In this document: piece after piece, positions 8,232 to 18,631 of the stretch | Layout: each line of letters begins with the position of its first letter | Position numbering within the stretch: position 1 is the stretch's first letter | Translations under genes and position numbers: made by a program | DNA from: an uncultured Acidobacteriota bacterium | Lineage (GTDB): Bacteria > Acidobacteriota > UBA6911 | Direction of reading: 5' to 3' | DNA length: 64,000 nt | Assembly (NCBI GenBank): GCA_963809485.1 | Contig: CAWEJX010000006.1 | Span: 192,001 to 256,000, forward strand | Notes under the pieces: generated by a model | Seen by the model: only the letters and a program-made list of their open reading frames with translations | The model's database searches: none | What the model was told of the DNA's origin: nothing

Positions 8232-10739
8232 ATGAAAATCCGGTGTCTCAGCCCATCGCGGAGGCCACAGAATATGGCAGATACTGAAGAATTCCAGCCC
8301 TGGAAATGGAGGATGTCGGAAAACCCCGATGAGGAGCATCCCTTGGGCATCCGCCAGGATGCCCGGGACAGGGTGAGCGGAGAGGCGGTTTATACAAGGG
8401 ACCTGCGCCTGCCCGGAATGCTGTACGCCAAAATCATGTCTTCTCCCTATGCCCACGCCAGGATCGCGGACATGGATGTCAGCGAAGCCAGAGCTGTGCC
8501 GGGTGTGCGCGACGTGCTCCGGTACGATGATCCCGACATCGCGGTGGACAACGTGACGGGCTGTTCCAGCGCCAGCAGGTACAACATCCTTACCCTTCCC
8601 GGAACCGGCGATTTTTACCAGCACCCGATGGGCGCCGCGGTTGTGGCCGACAGCGAGGAAATATGCGACCGGGCGCTGAGACGAATCAAAATAAAATGGG
8701 AAGAGAGGCCGTTCGTCCTGGATATGGAAGAGTCGCTGAAGCCGGATTCCCCCAGGATCATGGATGAAGTGATGCGCCTGGACCCAACCGCTGCGGAGCC
8801 CAATCTTATACAGACAGCGGAGGCCGAGATCGGCGATGTGAAGAAGGGCTTCTCCGAAGCGGACAAGATCCTCGAATATCAGATCCAAAGGGCCGTAAAC
8901 ACGCCGGCCGGCGTCGAAGCCATGGTTTGCATCGCCCAATGGCGGGGGGATTTCCTGGATCTCTGGCTTCACCACCAGCACGACATGGCGGAAATTCTCA
9001 GTTCCGAAAGCACGCCCTCGATCGCATGGGACCTCATCGGCCGGGACGAAGCCTCCAGGCCAAAAATCGGGCCGGACTACAGGCCTTCAGGCAGAAATGA
9101 TTATCACCCGCCCTTCGCGCACTGGAGCAAAATAACCCTCACCTACCCTTACCAGGGCTCCCAGTTCGGAGGATTGTCCTGGCTGGCCTATTCCTACAGC
9201 TTCATCCGCCTCGCCATCAAGCTGGCTCGAAGGGCAGGCGGCCGGCCGGTGAAGCTGCTTTACGACGAGAGCAATTTCTACTGCGGAGGCGATGAGTTCG
9301 GTACCTATAACTGCAAGGTGGGCGCGAAGAAGGACGGAACGATTACGGCCTACGAGTGGAACGTGTTGGGGCTGAGGAATCCCGCAGTGGACAAGACGCC
9401 TGAATGCACGACGATCCGCAATGCCCGGGGCACCCAGAGGTGGGCATTCACCAACAGGGGTTACATGGAGAGCGTGCGTCACGGAGCGCCAGCCTGCGTG
9501 CCTCACAACGTCATGTTCGACCGCGTGGCCGCCGAATTCGGGCTCGATCCGACGGAGGTTGCGCTTAAAAATGACGGATGCCACGGCCACTCCTGGGATT
9601 GGGTGACGCGGTATCAGCGGGAAAATGGCTTTCCCGAAAGGCAAAGCCTCAAAGAAGTCATCGATCGGGGCAAGAAAGCCATAGACTGGGACCGCAAATG
9701 GCATCCCCCGGGAACAAAGCGCCTCACGGGCCACAGGATGCACGGCCTCGGCTTCATGTCCATCAACGAGTGGGGCAACGGGCTGGCCGGGATCCTTGCG
9801 GGCGGGTATTCCTGCGTGATGCTGCGGGACGGGAAAGCCGCCATTATCGGCATGCGTTGCGATCCCGGTATCGATACCGAATCGGGTTTCCGCCGCTGCG
9901 TGGCTGCGGAAATGGGCTTGAGGTTCGAGGATACCGTAATACAGGAAAGGCGCTCCGACAACAACGTCTACCACTTCGCGGAGCCGGGCGGGTCCTACGG
10001 CACCATCAGCACGACGCCTCAATTGATCCTTGCCGCCAGGCAGCTCAAAAGGAAGATCCTGCAGTATGCGGTCACTCCCGGGCAAAAAGGGGCAGCCTTT
10101 TTCCCGGGCAAAAATGCCGAAGACCTGGACATCAGAGACAGCATGATTTTCGAAAAGGCCAATCCCGGCAGCAGGAAAACGGTGGCGGAAGTAGCCAATG
10201 GGTTCTGGAATGCGGATCCCGCAATCGCCCATCCCGTGATGCCCGCCCTGACCGGACTGACTTCGGAAGGGAAGCCGGACCCGCGGCTGTATTTCATGAG
10301 CCGGCAGGCGCATTTTCTGGAAGTGGAGGTGGACACGGAAACCGGGGCAGTGTCCGTCGTCAACCTCGTTTGCGTGAATGACGTGGGGCAGGTGTTCAAT
10401 GCAAGAGGCGCCGAGGGCCAGCAGTATGGCGGCGCCATCATGGCACTCGGCAGGAATGCGACGGAGGAAAAAATCTGCTGCCCGCGGACCGGGGTGGGAT
10501 TGAACTTCGACCACATCGGCTATCAGATCGGCACCATGAATGACTACCCGACGATCCAATGCCTCCTGAACGAAAGCCACCTGGGATACTCCGCCTACGG
10601 CTCCTGCGGCATCGGCGAAAATGTGGGAGCCGCCTTGTCGGGAATCGCCGCCGGCGCCGTCTACAACGCGATCGGCAAATGGGTCCTGGATTATCCTATT
10701 ACGCCGGACAAAGTCCTGAGGGCGATGGGTGTCATTTAG
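8232..10739 (+). CDS. Xanthine dehydrogenase/aldehyde oxidase family molybdopterin-binding large subunit
   Basis: VSGEAVYTRDLRLPGMLYAK, SPYAHARI, EVEVDTETG, GIGE, PITPDKVL; true start may be 8273 or 8313. Confidence 0.88.
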   Translation: MKIRCLSPSRRPQNMADTEEFQPWKWRMSENPDEEHPLGIRQDARDRVSGEAVYTRDLRLPGMLYAKIMSSPYAHARIADMDVSEARAVPGVRDVLRYDDPDIAVDNVTGCSSASRYNILTLPGTGDFYQHPMGAAVVADSEEICDRALRRIKIKWEERPFVLDMEESLKPDSPRIMDEVMRLDPTAAEPNLIQTAEAEIGDVKKGFSEADKILEYQIQRAVNTPAGVEAMVCIAQWRGDFLDLWLHHQHDMAEILSSESTPSIAWDLIGRDEASRPKIGPDYRPSGRNDYHPPFAHWSKITLTYPYQGSQFGGLSWLAYSYSFIRLAIKLARRAGGRPVKLLYDESNFYCGGDEFGTYNCKVGAKKDGTITAYEWNVLGLRNPAVDKTPECTTIRNARGTQRWAFTNRGYMESVRHGAPACVPHNVMFDRVAAEFGLDPTEVALKNDGCHGHSWDWVTRYQRENGFPERQSLKEVIDRGKKAIDWDRKWHPPGTKRLTGHRMHGLGFMSINEWGNGLAGILAGGYSCVMLRDGKAAIIGMRCDPGIDTESGFRRCVAAEMGLRFEDTVIQERRSDNNVYHFAEPGGSYGTISTTPQLILAARQLKRKILQYAVTPGQKGAAFFPGKNAEDLDIRDSMIFEKANPGSRKTVAEVANGFWNADPAIAHPVMPALTGLTSEGKPDPRLYFMSRQAHFLEVEVDTETGAVSVVNLVCVNDVGQVFNARGAEGQQYGGAIMALGRNATEEKICCPRTGVGLNFDHIGYQIGTMNDYPTIQCLLNESHLGYSAYGSCGIGENVGAALSGIAAGAVYNAIGKWVLDYPITPDKVLRAMGVI

Positions 10740-10772
10740 AAATTGAATTGCGAATGACGAACTACGAATGAC
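10739..10772. repeat. Single heptamer array directly after the stop codon
   Basis: AATTGCG-AATGACG-AACTACG-AATGACG. Confidence 0.65.
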
Positions 10773-10800
10773 GGGCAGGCGCCGGAAAGGGGAGGCGGAT

Positions 10801-12093
10801 ATGGGAGGAAATGCGTCGGGCGAAAATAAAAAGGGGTGGATGGTTCCATTTCTGGCAACGATTTTTGCGATGATGGCGCTCCAGATGTCGAGCCTGGGAT
10901 TTTCGCCTCTGCTCCCCGATATTCAGAAAGAATTCGGGATGAACTTTTCCCAGGTCGGTTTGTTCACGGGAATGTATGGTCTGTCTGCGCTGCTTCTCAG
11001 CGTGCCCGGCGGAATGCTCGCCAAACGCTTCGGGGAAAAGAAGGTCCTGTCCGCAGGCCTCATCGTTGTGATGCTGGGCCTCATCCTGCTCAGCCAGGCC
11101 TGGAATATCGGCTCGGCCTTTGGCGGCCGCGCCTTCTGGCTCCTGGGCTACCGCCCCGCCTTTGTGTGCGTAATGACGGCTATTGCGGTTACCGCTCCAC
11201 TGTCTCTGAGAAGCCGTTCGATGGGTATGGTCGGCGCCATATCGGCCTTCGGGGCCGTTGTGGGTGCGCCTTTCGGAAGCGCCATTGAAAATGCTTTCGG
11301 CTGGCGCAATGGTATTCTCGCTTACGCGGGCATGGCTCTTCTGGGAGTGATCGTCTACTATTCGTTCTACCGGATACGGCCGCAAGCAGGTGCGCCGTCG
11401 GCAAAATCTGTTCCTGAGACCAGAGGGTCCAAAGCGGAAACGCCTCGTCCGGATCCAAAACCCGACTCCCCGCAGCCCGCTCCGAAATCCGGAGTCCCCA
11501 AAGCCAAAAGCATCTTCCGGAATCCCATTGTCTATGCCATTGCCCTGCTGGAAGGCATGGTGGGCGTGGGATATTTCAGCTCCAATTTCTTCATCCCACC
11601 GGCGGTTGCTGCGGTGTTCGGCACGAAAGCCATGAACGCGGCCTATATCCTCAGCACAGGATTTATCGCCGCAATCTGCGCCAATATCTTTTTCGGCTAT
11701 CTCATGGACCGGTTCAACAAATGGAATGTCATGGGCTGGATGATGGCGGCTCTCATTCCGGCCTCGCTATGCCTGAACAGCACGAGCCTGCCGGTGTTCT
11801 GGATCGCCACAGCAGTGGTGCTGGCCCTGGGGCTTTCCTCCGCTCAACAGTGTTTTTCCCTGGCCGCCGAGCTTGTGTCGGGCCGTGAAATGGGCAACGT
11901 GATGGGAGTTGTGTCTCTGGGACCGGGGATATTCGGCTACGTGGGCCCGCAAATGCTGGGATGGCTGAGAGACTGGACAGGCGGTTTCACCGCCGGCTGG
12001 TACTTCCTGGCTGTGGTGGCGGCCCTGTCTCTTGCCATCATCATCTACATCAAGCACTACCTTAAAACTCAAATAGCACCCGCGCAGCAATGA
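10801..12093 (+). CDS. MFS transporter
   Basis: About 12 hydrophobic segments, GMLAKRFGEKK and GYLMDRFNK motif A, Pro-rich central loop; ATG after GGGGAGG. Confidence 0.9.
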   Translation: MGGNASGENKKGWMVPFLATIFAMMALQMSSLGFSPLLPDIQKEFGMNFSQVGLFTGMYGLSALLLSVPGGMLAKRFGEKKVLSAGLIVVMLGLILLSQAWNIGSAFGGRAFWLLGYRPAFVCVMTAIAVTAPLSLRSRSMGMVGAISAFGAVVGAPFGSAIENAFGWRNGILAYAGMALLGVIVYYSFYRIRPQAGAPSAKSVPETRGSKAETPRPDPKPDSPQPAPKSGVPKAKSIFRNPIVYAIALLEGMVGVGYFSSNFFIPPAVAAVFGTKAMNAAYILSTGFIAAICANIFFGYLMDRFNKWNVMGWMMAALIPASLCLNSTSLPVFWIATAVVLALGLSSAQQCFSLAAELVSGREMGNVMGVVSLGPGIFGYVGPQMLGWLRDWTGGFTAGWYFLAVVAALSLAIIIYIKHYLKTQIAPAQQ

Positions 12094-12204
12094 GCGTCCT
12101 GATACGTCCCTAATCCGTCGGGAGAGCTACCGGGTCTGACGGCGAGGCAGTACGGGTTTGTCAAATCCTGGATTTTTTTCCCAGGTCCGGACAATAACCA
12201 GAAG

Positions 12205-12295
12205 GAATATCGAATGTCGAATTTCGAATATTGAACCGCAGAAGTTATCGCTACACTTCGAGATTCATCATTCGTTATTCGACATTCTGCGGTTC
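12205..12295. repeat. Heptamer-built palindromic intergenic repeat, family A copy 2
   Basis: GAATATCGAATGTCGAATTTCGAATATTGAACCGCAGAAG...TTCGACATTCTGCGGTTC. Confidence 0.8.
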
Positions 12296-12428
12296 CAGGA
12301 CATCTATGGCGCCTGGAACCCCTTCCATTATTTATCCGTTGCGATCAGCCCTTTTTGAGGGGCCTGTAACCGTAAAGCCTTCGGCTCTGCGGGATGATAC
12401 TTGCTAAGGAAGCTTTGAAGGCCAGGGG

Positions 12429-13091
12429 CTACAGCTCCATCTCCTTCAGGTCATCGGCTATGATGAGCCGGGGCTCGGTCAGCTCCTGCACTTCTCCCGC
12501 AGTCCAGCCCGGCGCCACCTCTCTTAGGACGAGCCCTTCCTTCGTCACATCAATGGCTGCCAGATCCGTGAATATCTTGTTCACGCAACTCCGGGCCGTT
12601 AAGGGGAAACTGCACCGGTTCACGATGCGCGCGCCGCCTTCCCTGGTGGTGTGAAGCATCATCACGATCAGGCGTCGGCATCCCCCAGCCAGATCCATTG
12701 CGCCGCCCATGCCGGTCGCCGGCCTTCCCGGCCGTCCCCAGTTGGCCAGATCTCCCTTTTCGGAGACCTGGTAAGCGCCCAGCACGACCATGTCGACATG
12801 CCCGCCCCGGATCATGTCGAAGGATAGAGCACTGTCAAAAAAGCACATGCCCGGCATCGGAGTCACGGGTTGATCGGAGGCATTGATCAGCTCATAGTCC
12901 TTTTCCTCATCGACGCCCAGGGCTCCATATCCAAGCACGCCATTTTCGCTGTGAAAGTAGATAGTCCTGCCTTCAGGTATCAGGTTGGCGCACAATGCCG
13001 GCATCCCATACCCCAGGTTAATGACCATGCCATCCTCGAACTCCTTGGCTACCCTGAGGGCGATGGTCTGTTCGTCCAGACGCGTTTTCAT
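12429..13091 (-). CDS. 3-oxoacid CoA-transferase subunit B (family I)
   Basis: [13 protein letters not shown] with catalytic Glu, [15 protein letters not shown]. Confidence 0.92.
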   Translation of the reverse strand: MKTRLDEQTIALRVAKEFEDGMVINLGYGMPALCANLIPEGRTIYFHSENGVLGYGALGVDEEKDYELINASDQPVTPMPGMCFFDSALSFDMIRGGHVDMVVLGAYQVSEKGDLANWGRPGRPATGMGGAMDLAGGCRRLIVMMLHTTREGGARIVNRCSFPLTARSCVNKIFTDLAAIDVTKEGLVLREVAPGWTAGEVQELTEPRLIIADDLKEMEL

Positions 13092-13801
13092 TGTTGCACC
13101 TCCACGATGCGGCTTACGAAAAGATGGGGAGTGACGACAGCCTCCGGATCCAGTTCTCCCGGCTCCACCAGCTGATCCACTTCCACGATCGTGGTCCTGG
13201 CGGCCATTGCCATGACGGGATTGAAGCACCTTGCCGTTCCTCTATAAACAAGATTTCCCAGCCTGTCGGCCTTATGAGCCTTGATGAGAGCAAAATCCGC
13301 GGTTAAGGGAAGCTCGAGCAAATACTCTCTGCCGTTAATGACTTTTTTCTCCTTGCCGGTCTCGACCGGAGTGCCGACGCCCGTCGTCGTGTAGAAACCT
13401 CCAAGGCCGCCGGCTCCCGCCCGTATCCTTTCGGCCAGGGTTCCCTGGGGAACCATTTCCAGCTCGACCTTGCCTTCCCGATGCAGGATTTCGAGTGGGG
13501 AGGTGGGCGGCATGCCGCCCAGAGCAGGCACCGATCCAATGAACTTTTTCACCTGGCCTTTCGCATATAAGGCGCCGATGTCCTGGTAGCCTTCGGGTTT
13601 GATCCTTTTGCTCAACTCGAAACCGACGCCGCCTTGATTGGCTATGAGGGTCAGGTTCATTGCCCCCTGCCTGGCCAGAGCCTCAATCAGATGGACCGGC
13701 AAGCCGCCCCAGGAACCGAATCCTCCGATCATGACGGTGGCGCCGTCGAAAATATCCGCTATTGCACTGTCGCAGTCTGAAAAGACTTTATGAATCGCCA
13801 T
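13088..13801 (-). CDS. 3-oxoacid CoA-transferase subunit A
   Basis: DGATVMIGGFG, PQGTLAERIRAG, DRLGNLVY. Confidence 0.92.
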   Translation of the reverse strand: MAIHKVFSDCDSAIADIFDGATVMIGGFGSWGGLPVHLIEALARQGAMNLTLIANQGGVGFELSKRIKPEGYQDIGALYAKGQVKKFIGSVPALGGMPPTSPLEILHREGKVELEMVPQGTLAERIRAGAGGLGGFYTTTGVGTPVETGKEKKVINGREYLLELPLTADFALIKAHKADRLGNLVYRGTARCFNPVMAMAARTTIVEVDQLVEPGELDPEAVVTPHLFVSRIVEVQQ

Positions 13802-14079
13802 GTCTTCGTCCTCCGCGCTGAACTGATATCCCATTTCGCCAGGCCGATGCAATGACTTTTTACTCCGAATGCACCGGCACTCACCCTCTTTGCAGGCCTC
13901 GTCCCGATGCTGGTCCATAACCTTAATCGAGCGGCTGCTGAAGGGCCGTCTTCAGTAGCATCGGGGGAGCGCCGGCATGGTCCCGATGATTGCCGGCTTT
14001 GGAGCAAAAAAGTTTTAGACTGGTGCAGATCCAGCTTTATGGATGTAAGATAGTTGCCGCCTTAACAAAGGACAGACAT

Positions 14080-14799
14080 ATGACAAACAAGATTTATGCC
14101 GCTCTCAGTGAGGCAGTGGCCGATATCCCGGACGGCGCCACCGTCATGATCGGCGGTTTCGGGCACGCGGCGGACAAGCCGCAGAATCTCATCCGGGCAT
14201 TACGGGACCACGGGGCCAGAAACCTCACAATCATATCCAACAGCGCCGGTGGAGCCGGCAGGCTGGGGATCGGCGCACTCGGGGGCGCGCCCTTTATCGA
14301 TGAAGAAATCCTGGTAGAAAACAGGCAGGTGAGAAAGGCTATCTGCAGCGTCCCCGCTTCCCTCGTCATGTCCAAACCGGGCGCTTTCGAAAAGCAATAC
14401 CTGGCGCGTGAAGTGGAACTGGAATATGTGCCGCAAGGGACGCTCGCGGAAAGGATCCGGGCGGGAGGCGCCGGCCTGGGAGGATTCTTTTCGCCGACGG
14501 GGGTGGGAACTCTTGTCGAAAAAGGCAAGGAAAAGAGGCTGATCGACGGCCGGGAGATGCTTTTCGAATCGGCTTTGAAAGCCGACTTTGCCCTCATCAA
14601 AGCCTATCAATCGGACACGATGGGAAATCTCGTCTATCGCGGCATCATGAGATCCTTCAACGCGGTTATGGCGACAGCGGCAAAGGTGACCATTGCGGAG
14701 GTCGAGCAGATCGTCGAAGCCGGAAAAATCGATCCCGAAATTATCGTGACTCCCGGAATATTTGTTGACCGCATTGTTGAAACACGGGGACAGGGGTAA
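14080..14799 (+). CDS. 3-oxoacid CoA-transferase subunit A (second, divergent copy)
   Basis: DGATVMIGGFG, PQGTLAERIRAGG, TPGIFVDRIV. Confidence 0.92.
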   Translation: MTNKIYAALSEAVADIPDGATVMIGGFGHAADKPQNLIRALRDHGARNLTIISNSAGGAGRLGIGALGGAPFIDEEILVENRQVRKAICSVPASLVMSKPGAFEKQYLAREVELEYVPQGTLAERIRAGGAGLGGFFSPTGVGTLVEKGKEKRLIDGREMLFESALKADFALIKAYQSDTMGNLVYRGIMRSFNAVMATAAKVTIAEVEQIVEAGKIDPEIIVTPGIFVDRIVETRGQG

Positions 14800-14801
14800 T
14801 T

Positions 14802-15467
14802 ATGAAAGATCGTCTCGACAAGCAGACCATTGCCCTGCGGGTAGCTAAGGAATTTCCCGACGGGGCCGTCGTCAATCTGGGCGGCGGAATACCGACGCTG
14901 GCCGCCAACTTCGTGCCTGAAGGCAGAACCGTAATATTTCACGCCGAGAACGGCGCTTTGGGTTTCGGCGGGGTGCCCGGCACCAAGGACGAAGAAAAAT
15001 CCTATTACCTGGGCGCCAACGGTTTGCCGTTCAGCCTGCTACCGGGGGCCAGTTTCTTCCATCATGCGGATTCCTTCGCAATGATCCGGGGCGGGCATAT
15101 CGATATCACGGTCCTCGGCGCCCTGCAGGTTTCCGAAAAAGGCGATCTGGCCAACTGGACCTTTCCGGAGAGAGGCATCGGAAACATCGGCGGAGCCATG
15201 GATCTGGCATCAGGCTGCGGCAGGCTCTTCGTGGCGATGGAGCATGCGACTCCCAAAGGGCAGCTCAAGATTCTCAAAGAATGCAGCTACCCGCTCACCG
15301 CTTCGCGATGCGTGAACCTGATTTTTACCGATATCGCCGTAATTAGAGTGGCGCCTGAAGGTCTTGTCCTTCAGGAAATCGCCCCGGCCTGGACGGTTGA
15401 GGAGGTCCAAGCCCTAACCGAACCGAGGTTGAACGTAGCGGCGGATCTGAAGGAGATTGAACTGTAA
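14802..15467 (+). CDS. 3-oxoacid CoA-transferase subunit B (second copy)
   Basis: VNLGGGIP, HAENG, IRGGHID, IGGAMDL. Confidence 0.92.
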   Translation: MKDRLDKQTIALRVAKEFPDGAVVNLGGGIPTLAANFVPEGRTVIFHAENGALGFGGVPGTKDEEKSYYLGANGLPFSLLPGASFFHHADSFAMIRGGHIDITVLGALQVSEKGDLANWTFPERGIGNIGGAMDLASGCGRLFVAMEHATPKGQLKILKECSYPLTASRCVNLIFTDIAVIRVAPEGLVLQEIAPAWTVEEVQALTEPRLNVAADLKEIEL

Positions 15468-15536
15468 AAGCTGCCTTCCGGGGAATCCCTGACATCCATG
15501 GGACCGCGGGCATCTAAGAAAGGAGAAGGTGGGGGA

Positions 15537-16961
15537 ATGGCGGGAATTACATCAATCGGGGCATATATCCCCAAATATAGAATTAACCTTGAAGAGGTCG
15601 CCAAATTCTGGCGCGCCAGGAGCGCGGGCGGCGAAAAAGCTGTGGCCGGATACGACGAGGACAGCATCACCATGGCCGTGGGCGCCGCTTTTGAGTGTAT
15701 GCGCTGCAGCAAAGATGAGGTCGATGGAGTGTATTTTGCCACGACCACACATCCCTATAAGGAAAAACAGGGAGCCTCGATTATTGCGAGCGCCATCGAT
15801 CTGAAGAGAGAAAGTCTTACGGCCGATTTTTCCAACTCGCTGCGGTCCGCAACCATCGCCCTGGGGTCCGCGTTGAACGCAGTCCGGTGCGGGGCGGCGA
15901 AGAATATCATGGTGACGGCCTCCGACTGCCGACTGGGCGCCCCACAGGGCAAGTTCGAGCAGCAACTGGGCGAGGGGGCCGCCGCAGTGATCCTGGGATC
16001 GGCCCATGTCATCGCCGAGATCGAGGGCCAATACTCCATCTTCAGCGATTTCACCGACCTCTGGAGGACCGCCGGGGACGCCTTCGTTCAGTCAGCGGAA
16101 GGAAGATTCATCAGTCAGTCCGGCTATGGGCCGACCATGAAGGAAGCCATATCGGGGATACTGAAAAAGTGCTCGGCCAATCCGGCGGATTTTTCCAAAA
16201 TCGTCTTTTATGCTTCCGACCTCAGGGAGCATGCGGATCTGGCTAAAGCCCTGGGATTCGAGAAGACCCAGGTCCAGGACCCCCTGTTCGCCCGGATCGG
16301 CAACACCGGTTCGGCTGCGGCAATCATGGCGCTGGCGGCTGCCCTTGAGGAGGCGAAGCCCGGCGACCGGATTCTACTTGCCGGCTATGGGGATGGCTGC
16401 GATACTTTCATTCTTCGTGTTACCCCGGAGATCGCCGGTTTTCAAACTAAATCCGGCCTCAAGGACAGGCTGGCAAAAACGACGTTCATCGATTACGGCA
16501 AGTATCTCAGCTGGCGCGACCTGATGACGATCGATGCCCCCAACCTGCCCGCACGCTCCGAGCCTTCGCTGCAGAGCCGATGGAGGGAACACAGAAGCAT
16601 TACCGCCCTGTATGGCGTGAAATGCAAAAAATGCGGGACTCCCCAGTTGCACCCGATCGGGCAAAATATCAGGATCTGTGCGGTATGCCAATCCAAGGAT
16701 GATTTTGAGGACTACCGCTTTTCCGATAAAAAAGGCAAGCTCTTCAGCTACGCCATCGATCAGCTTCAGCCGACCAAAAATCCTCCCGGCCTGAACGGGG
16801 TGGTGGATTTTGATGAAGGCGGCCGGTTGATCTGCGAGCTGACCGACTACGACCTCGACAAAGTCAGAATAGGCATGGCCGTCGAAATGACTTACCGGAA
16901 AATGTCTCAAGGGCAGGGGATGAACAATTATTTTTGGAAAGCAAAACCCGTTGCGGAATAG
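15537..16961 (+). CDS. HMG-CoA synthase-like (thiolase fold) protein fused to a DUF35 Zn-ribbon/OB-fold domain
   Basis: GAYIPKYRI, DEDSITMA, GEGAAA, IGNTGSA, GYGDG; C-terminal CKKC..CAVC and YFWKAKP. Confidence 0.85.
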   Translation: MAGITSIGAYIPKYRINLEEVAKFWRARSAGGEKAVAGYDEDSITMAVGAAFECMRCSKDEVDGVYFATTTHPYKEKQGASIIASAIDLKRESLTADFSNSLRSATIALGSALNAVRCGAAKNIMVTASDCRLGAPQGKFEQQLGEGAAAVILGSAHVIAEIEGQYSIFSDFTDLWRTAGDAFVQSAEGRFISQSGYGPTMKEAISGILKKCSANPADFSKIVFYASDLREHADLAKALGFEKTQVQDPLFARIGNTGSAAAIMALAAALEEAKPGDRILLAGYGDGCDTFILRVTPEIAGFQTKSGLKDRLAKTTFIDYGKYLSWRDLMTIDAPNLPARSEPSLQSRWREHRSITALYGVKCKKCGTPQLHPIGQNIRICAVCQSKDDFEDYRFSDKKGKLFSYAIDQLQPTKNPPGLNGVVDFDEGGRLICELTDYDLDKVRIGMAVEMTYRKMSQGQGMNNYFWKAKPVAE

Positions 16962-16990
16962 GCTTGCCAAGATCAGCAGGAGGAGACGAG

Positions 16991-18184
16991 ATGGAAAGCA
17001 TGAAGGATAGGGTAGCCATCGTGGGCATGGGGTGCACGCGATTCGGCGAACGTTGGGATATGGGAGTGGAAGATCTTCTGGTGGAGGCTGCCTATGAGGC
17101 GTTCGAGGACGCGGGCATTGGTCCCAAGGATATTCAGGCGGGCTGGATAGGCACCGTGTTTTCCGGCTTGAGCGCAATCACCCTGTCGCCGCTGGGACTA
17201 CAATATATCCCGATGACCCGCGTGGAGAACATGTGCGCCACGGGAACGGAAGCCCTCCGGGCTGCGACCTATGCAATTCTGGCCGGGGCCTGTGACATAG
17301 CTCTGGCCATCGGTGTGGAAAAGCTGAAAGATGCGGGCACGACCGGGGTCAAAGGCCCGGCCATTGTCGGGGACAATCCCGACGGGACATCGGGCGTAGG
17401 GCCCGGGTACAGCGCCCCCGCGTCCTTTGCCTACATGGCGACACGCTACTTCCACGACTACAAGCTCAGCCCCGAGGAAGGCAAAACGCTCCTGGCCGAA
17501 ATAGCCGTGAAGAATCACTACAACGGCAGTCTGAATCCGAAGGCCCACTTCAAGAACCGGCTGAGTGTCGAGCAGGTGGTGAAGGCGCCGATCGTGGCCT
17601 GGCCGCTGGGCCTGTTTGACTGCTGCGGAGTCAGCGACGGCTCTGCGGCAGCCGTCGTGGTGCGCGCGGACCTGGCAAAAAATTTCAAGGCCAATCCCAT
17701 CTATGTCAAAGCCCTGAGCATTTGCGTCGGCGCCCGCCAGGGGGCCATCCGGCAGGATTATGATTTTGTCCACATCGAGGAGAACTTCCGGGCTGCCCGG
17801 AAAGCCTACGAAATGGCCGGGATCAAAGACCCGCGCAAGGAAATCAGCTGTGCCGAAGTGCACGACTGCTTCACGATTCACGAGATGATCGTGTACGAAG
17901 ACCTGGGGTTCAGCCCGAGAGGGAAGGCCGGCGAGGATGTGAAAGCCGGTACGTTCACCCTTCAGGGCGAACTGCCCGTGAACACCGACGGCGGGCTCAA
18001 GTGCTTCGGGCATCCTTTGGGCGCGAGCGGGCTGCGCATGCTGTACGAGGTATACAACCAGCTTCAGGAGAAGGCGGGCCCTCGGCAAGTGAAGAATCCG
18101 CGGCTGGGGCTGACCCACAACCTGGGAGGCAATGCGGGGACAGGGATCGGCAGCATCTGCATCGTCGGCAACGAGAAAGGCTAA
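16991..18184 (+). CDS. Thiolase (SCP-x/archaeal-type acetyl-CoA acetyltransferase family)
   Basis: VENMCATG, DCCGVSDG, EVHDCF, GHPLGASG, THNLGG. Confidence 0.92.
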   Translation: MESMKDRVAIVGMGCTRFGERWDMGVEDLLVEAAYEAFEDAGIGPKDIQAGWIGTVFSGLSAITLSPLGLQYIPMTRVENMCATGTEALRAATYAILAGACDIALAIGVEKLKDAGTTGVKGPAIVGDNPDGTSGVGPGYSAPASFAYMATRYFHDYKLSPEEGKTLLAEIAVKNHYNGSLNPKAHFKNRLSVEQVVKAPIVAWPLGLFDCCGVSDGSAAAVVVRADLAKNFKANPIYVKALSICVGARQGAIRQDYDFVHIEENFRAARKAYEMAGIKDPRKEISCAEVHDCFTIHEMIVYEDLGFSPRGKAGEDVKAGTFTLQGELPVNTDGGLKCFGHPLGASGLRMLYEVYNQLQEKAGPRQVKNPRLGLTHNLGGNAGTGIGSICIVGNEKG

Positions 18185-18190
18185 AGGCTC

Positions 18191-18592
18191 ATGTTAAAGA
18201 AGCTGCGTCATATCGGGGTCATGGTCGGGAATTTCGACCAGGCGATTCAACAGTTCACCGGCTTCGGCCTCACCTGTTCCGAAATCAAAGAAGATAAGAA
18301 AATCGATCTCCAGGTAGGCTTCCTGTCGATCGGGGACACCGCAATCGAGATCCTGCATCACACGAAGCCGGACAGAGGCGACAACCTCATGTCCAGCGTA
18401 GTGCGGGGCCAGAAAGGGACCATCAATCACCTCTGCTTCGAGGTCGATGACCTGGATGCATCCATCAGGGATTTTGAGCGGAACGGAGCCAGAATTATCG
18501 AGGGCTGCCCCCGGCCGGGAGCCCACGGCCGGATCGCATTCTTCTATCCGGAGACGACCGGGGGCGTTTTGATCGAGCTTTGCGAATTGTGA
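18191..18592 (+). CDS. VOC family protein, methylmalonyl-CoA epimerase-like
   Basis: HIGVMV, INHLCFEVDD, PGAHG, GGVLIEL. Confidence 0.85.
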   Translation: MLKKLRHIGVMVGNFDQAIQQFTGFGLTCSEIKEDKKIDLQVGFLSIGDTAIEILHHTKPDRGDNLMSSVVRGQKGTINHLCFEVDDLDASIRDFERNGARIIEGCPRPGAHGRIAFFYPETTGGVLIELCEL

Positions 18593-18631
18593 GGAATCGG
18601 CGCGGCCGCAGGAATCAGGAAGGGAATTGCT

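Noticed and set aside
7947-8981. 344-aa minus-strand ORF
   Set aside because: Antisense shadow of the Mo-subunit gene; only the last 20 codons are credible, as the leader peptide
9087-10580. 497-aa antisense ORF (likewise 52996-54174, 56525-58039, 61558-63270)
   Set aside because: Lie opposite well-supported genes and show no motifs; expected from GC-rich codon bias
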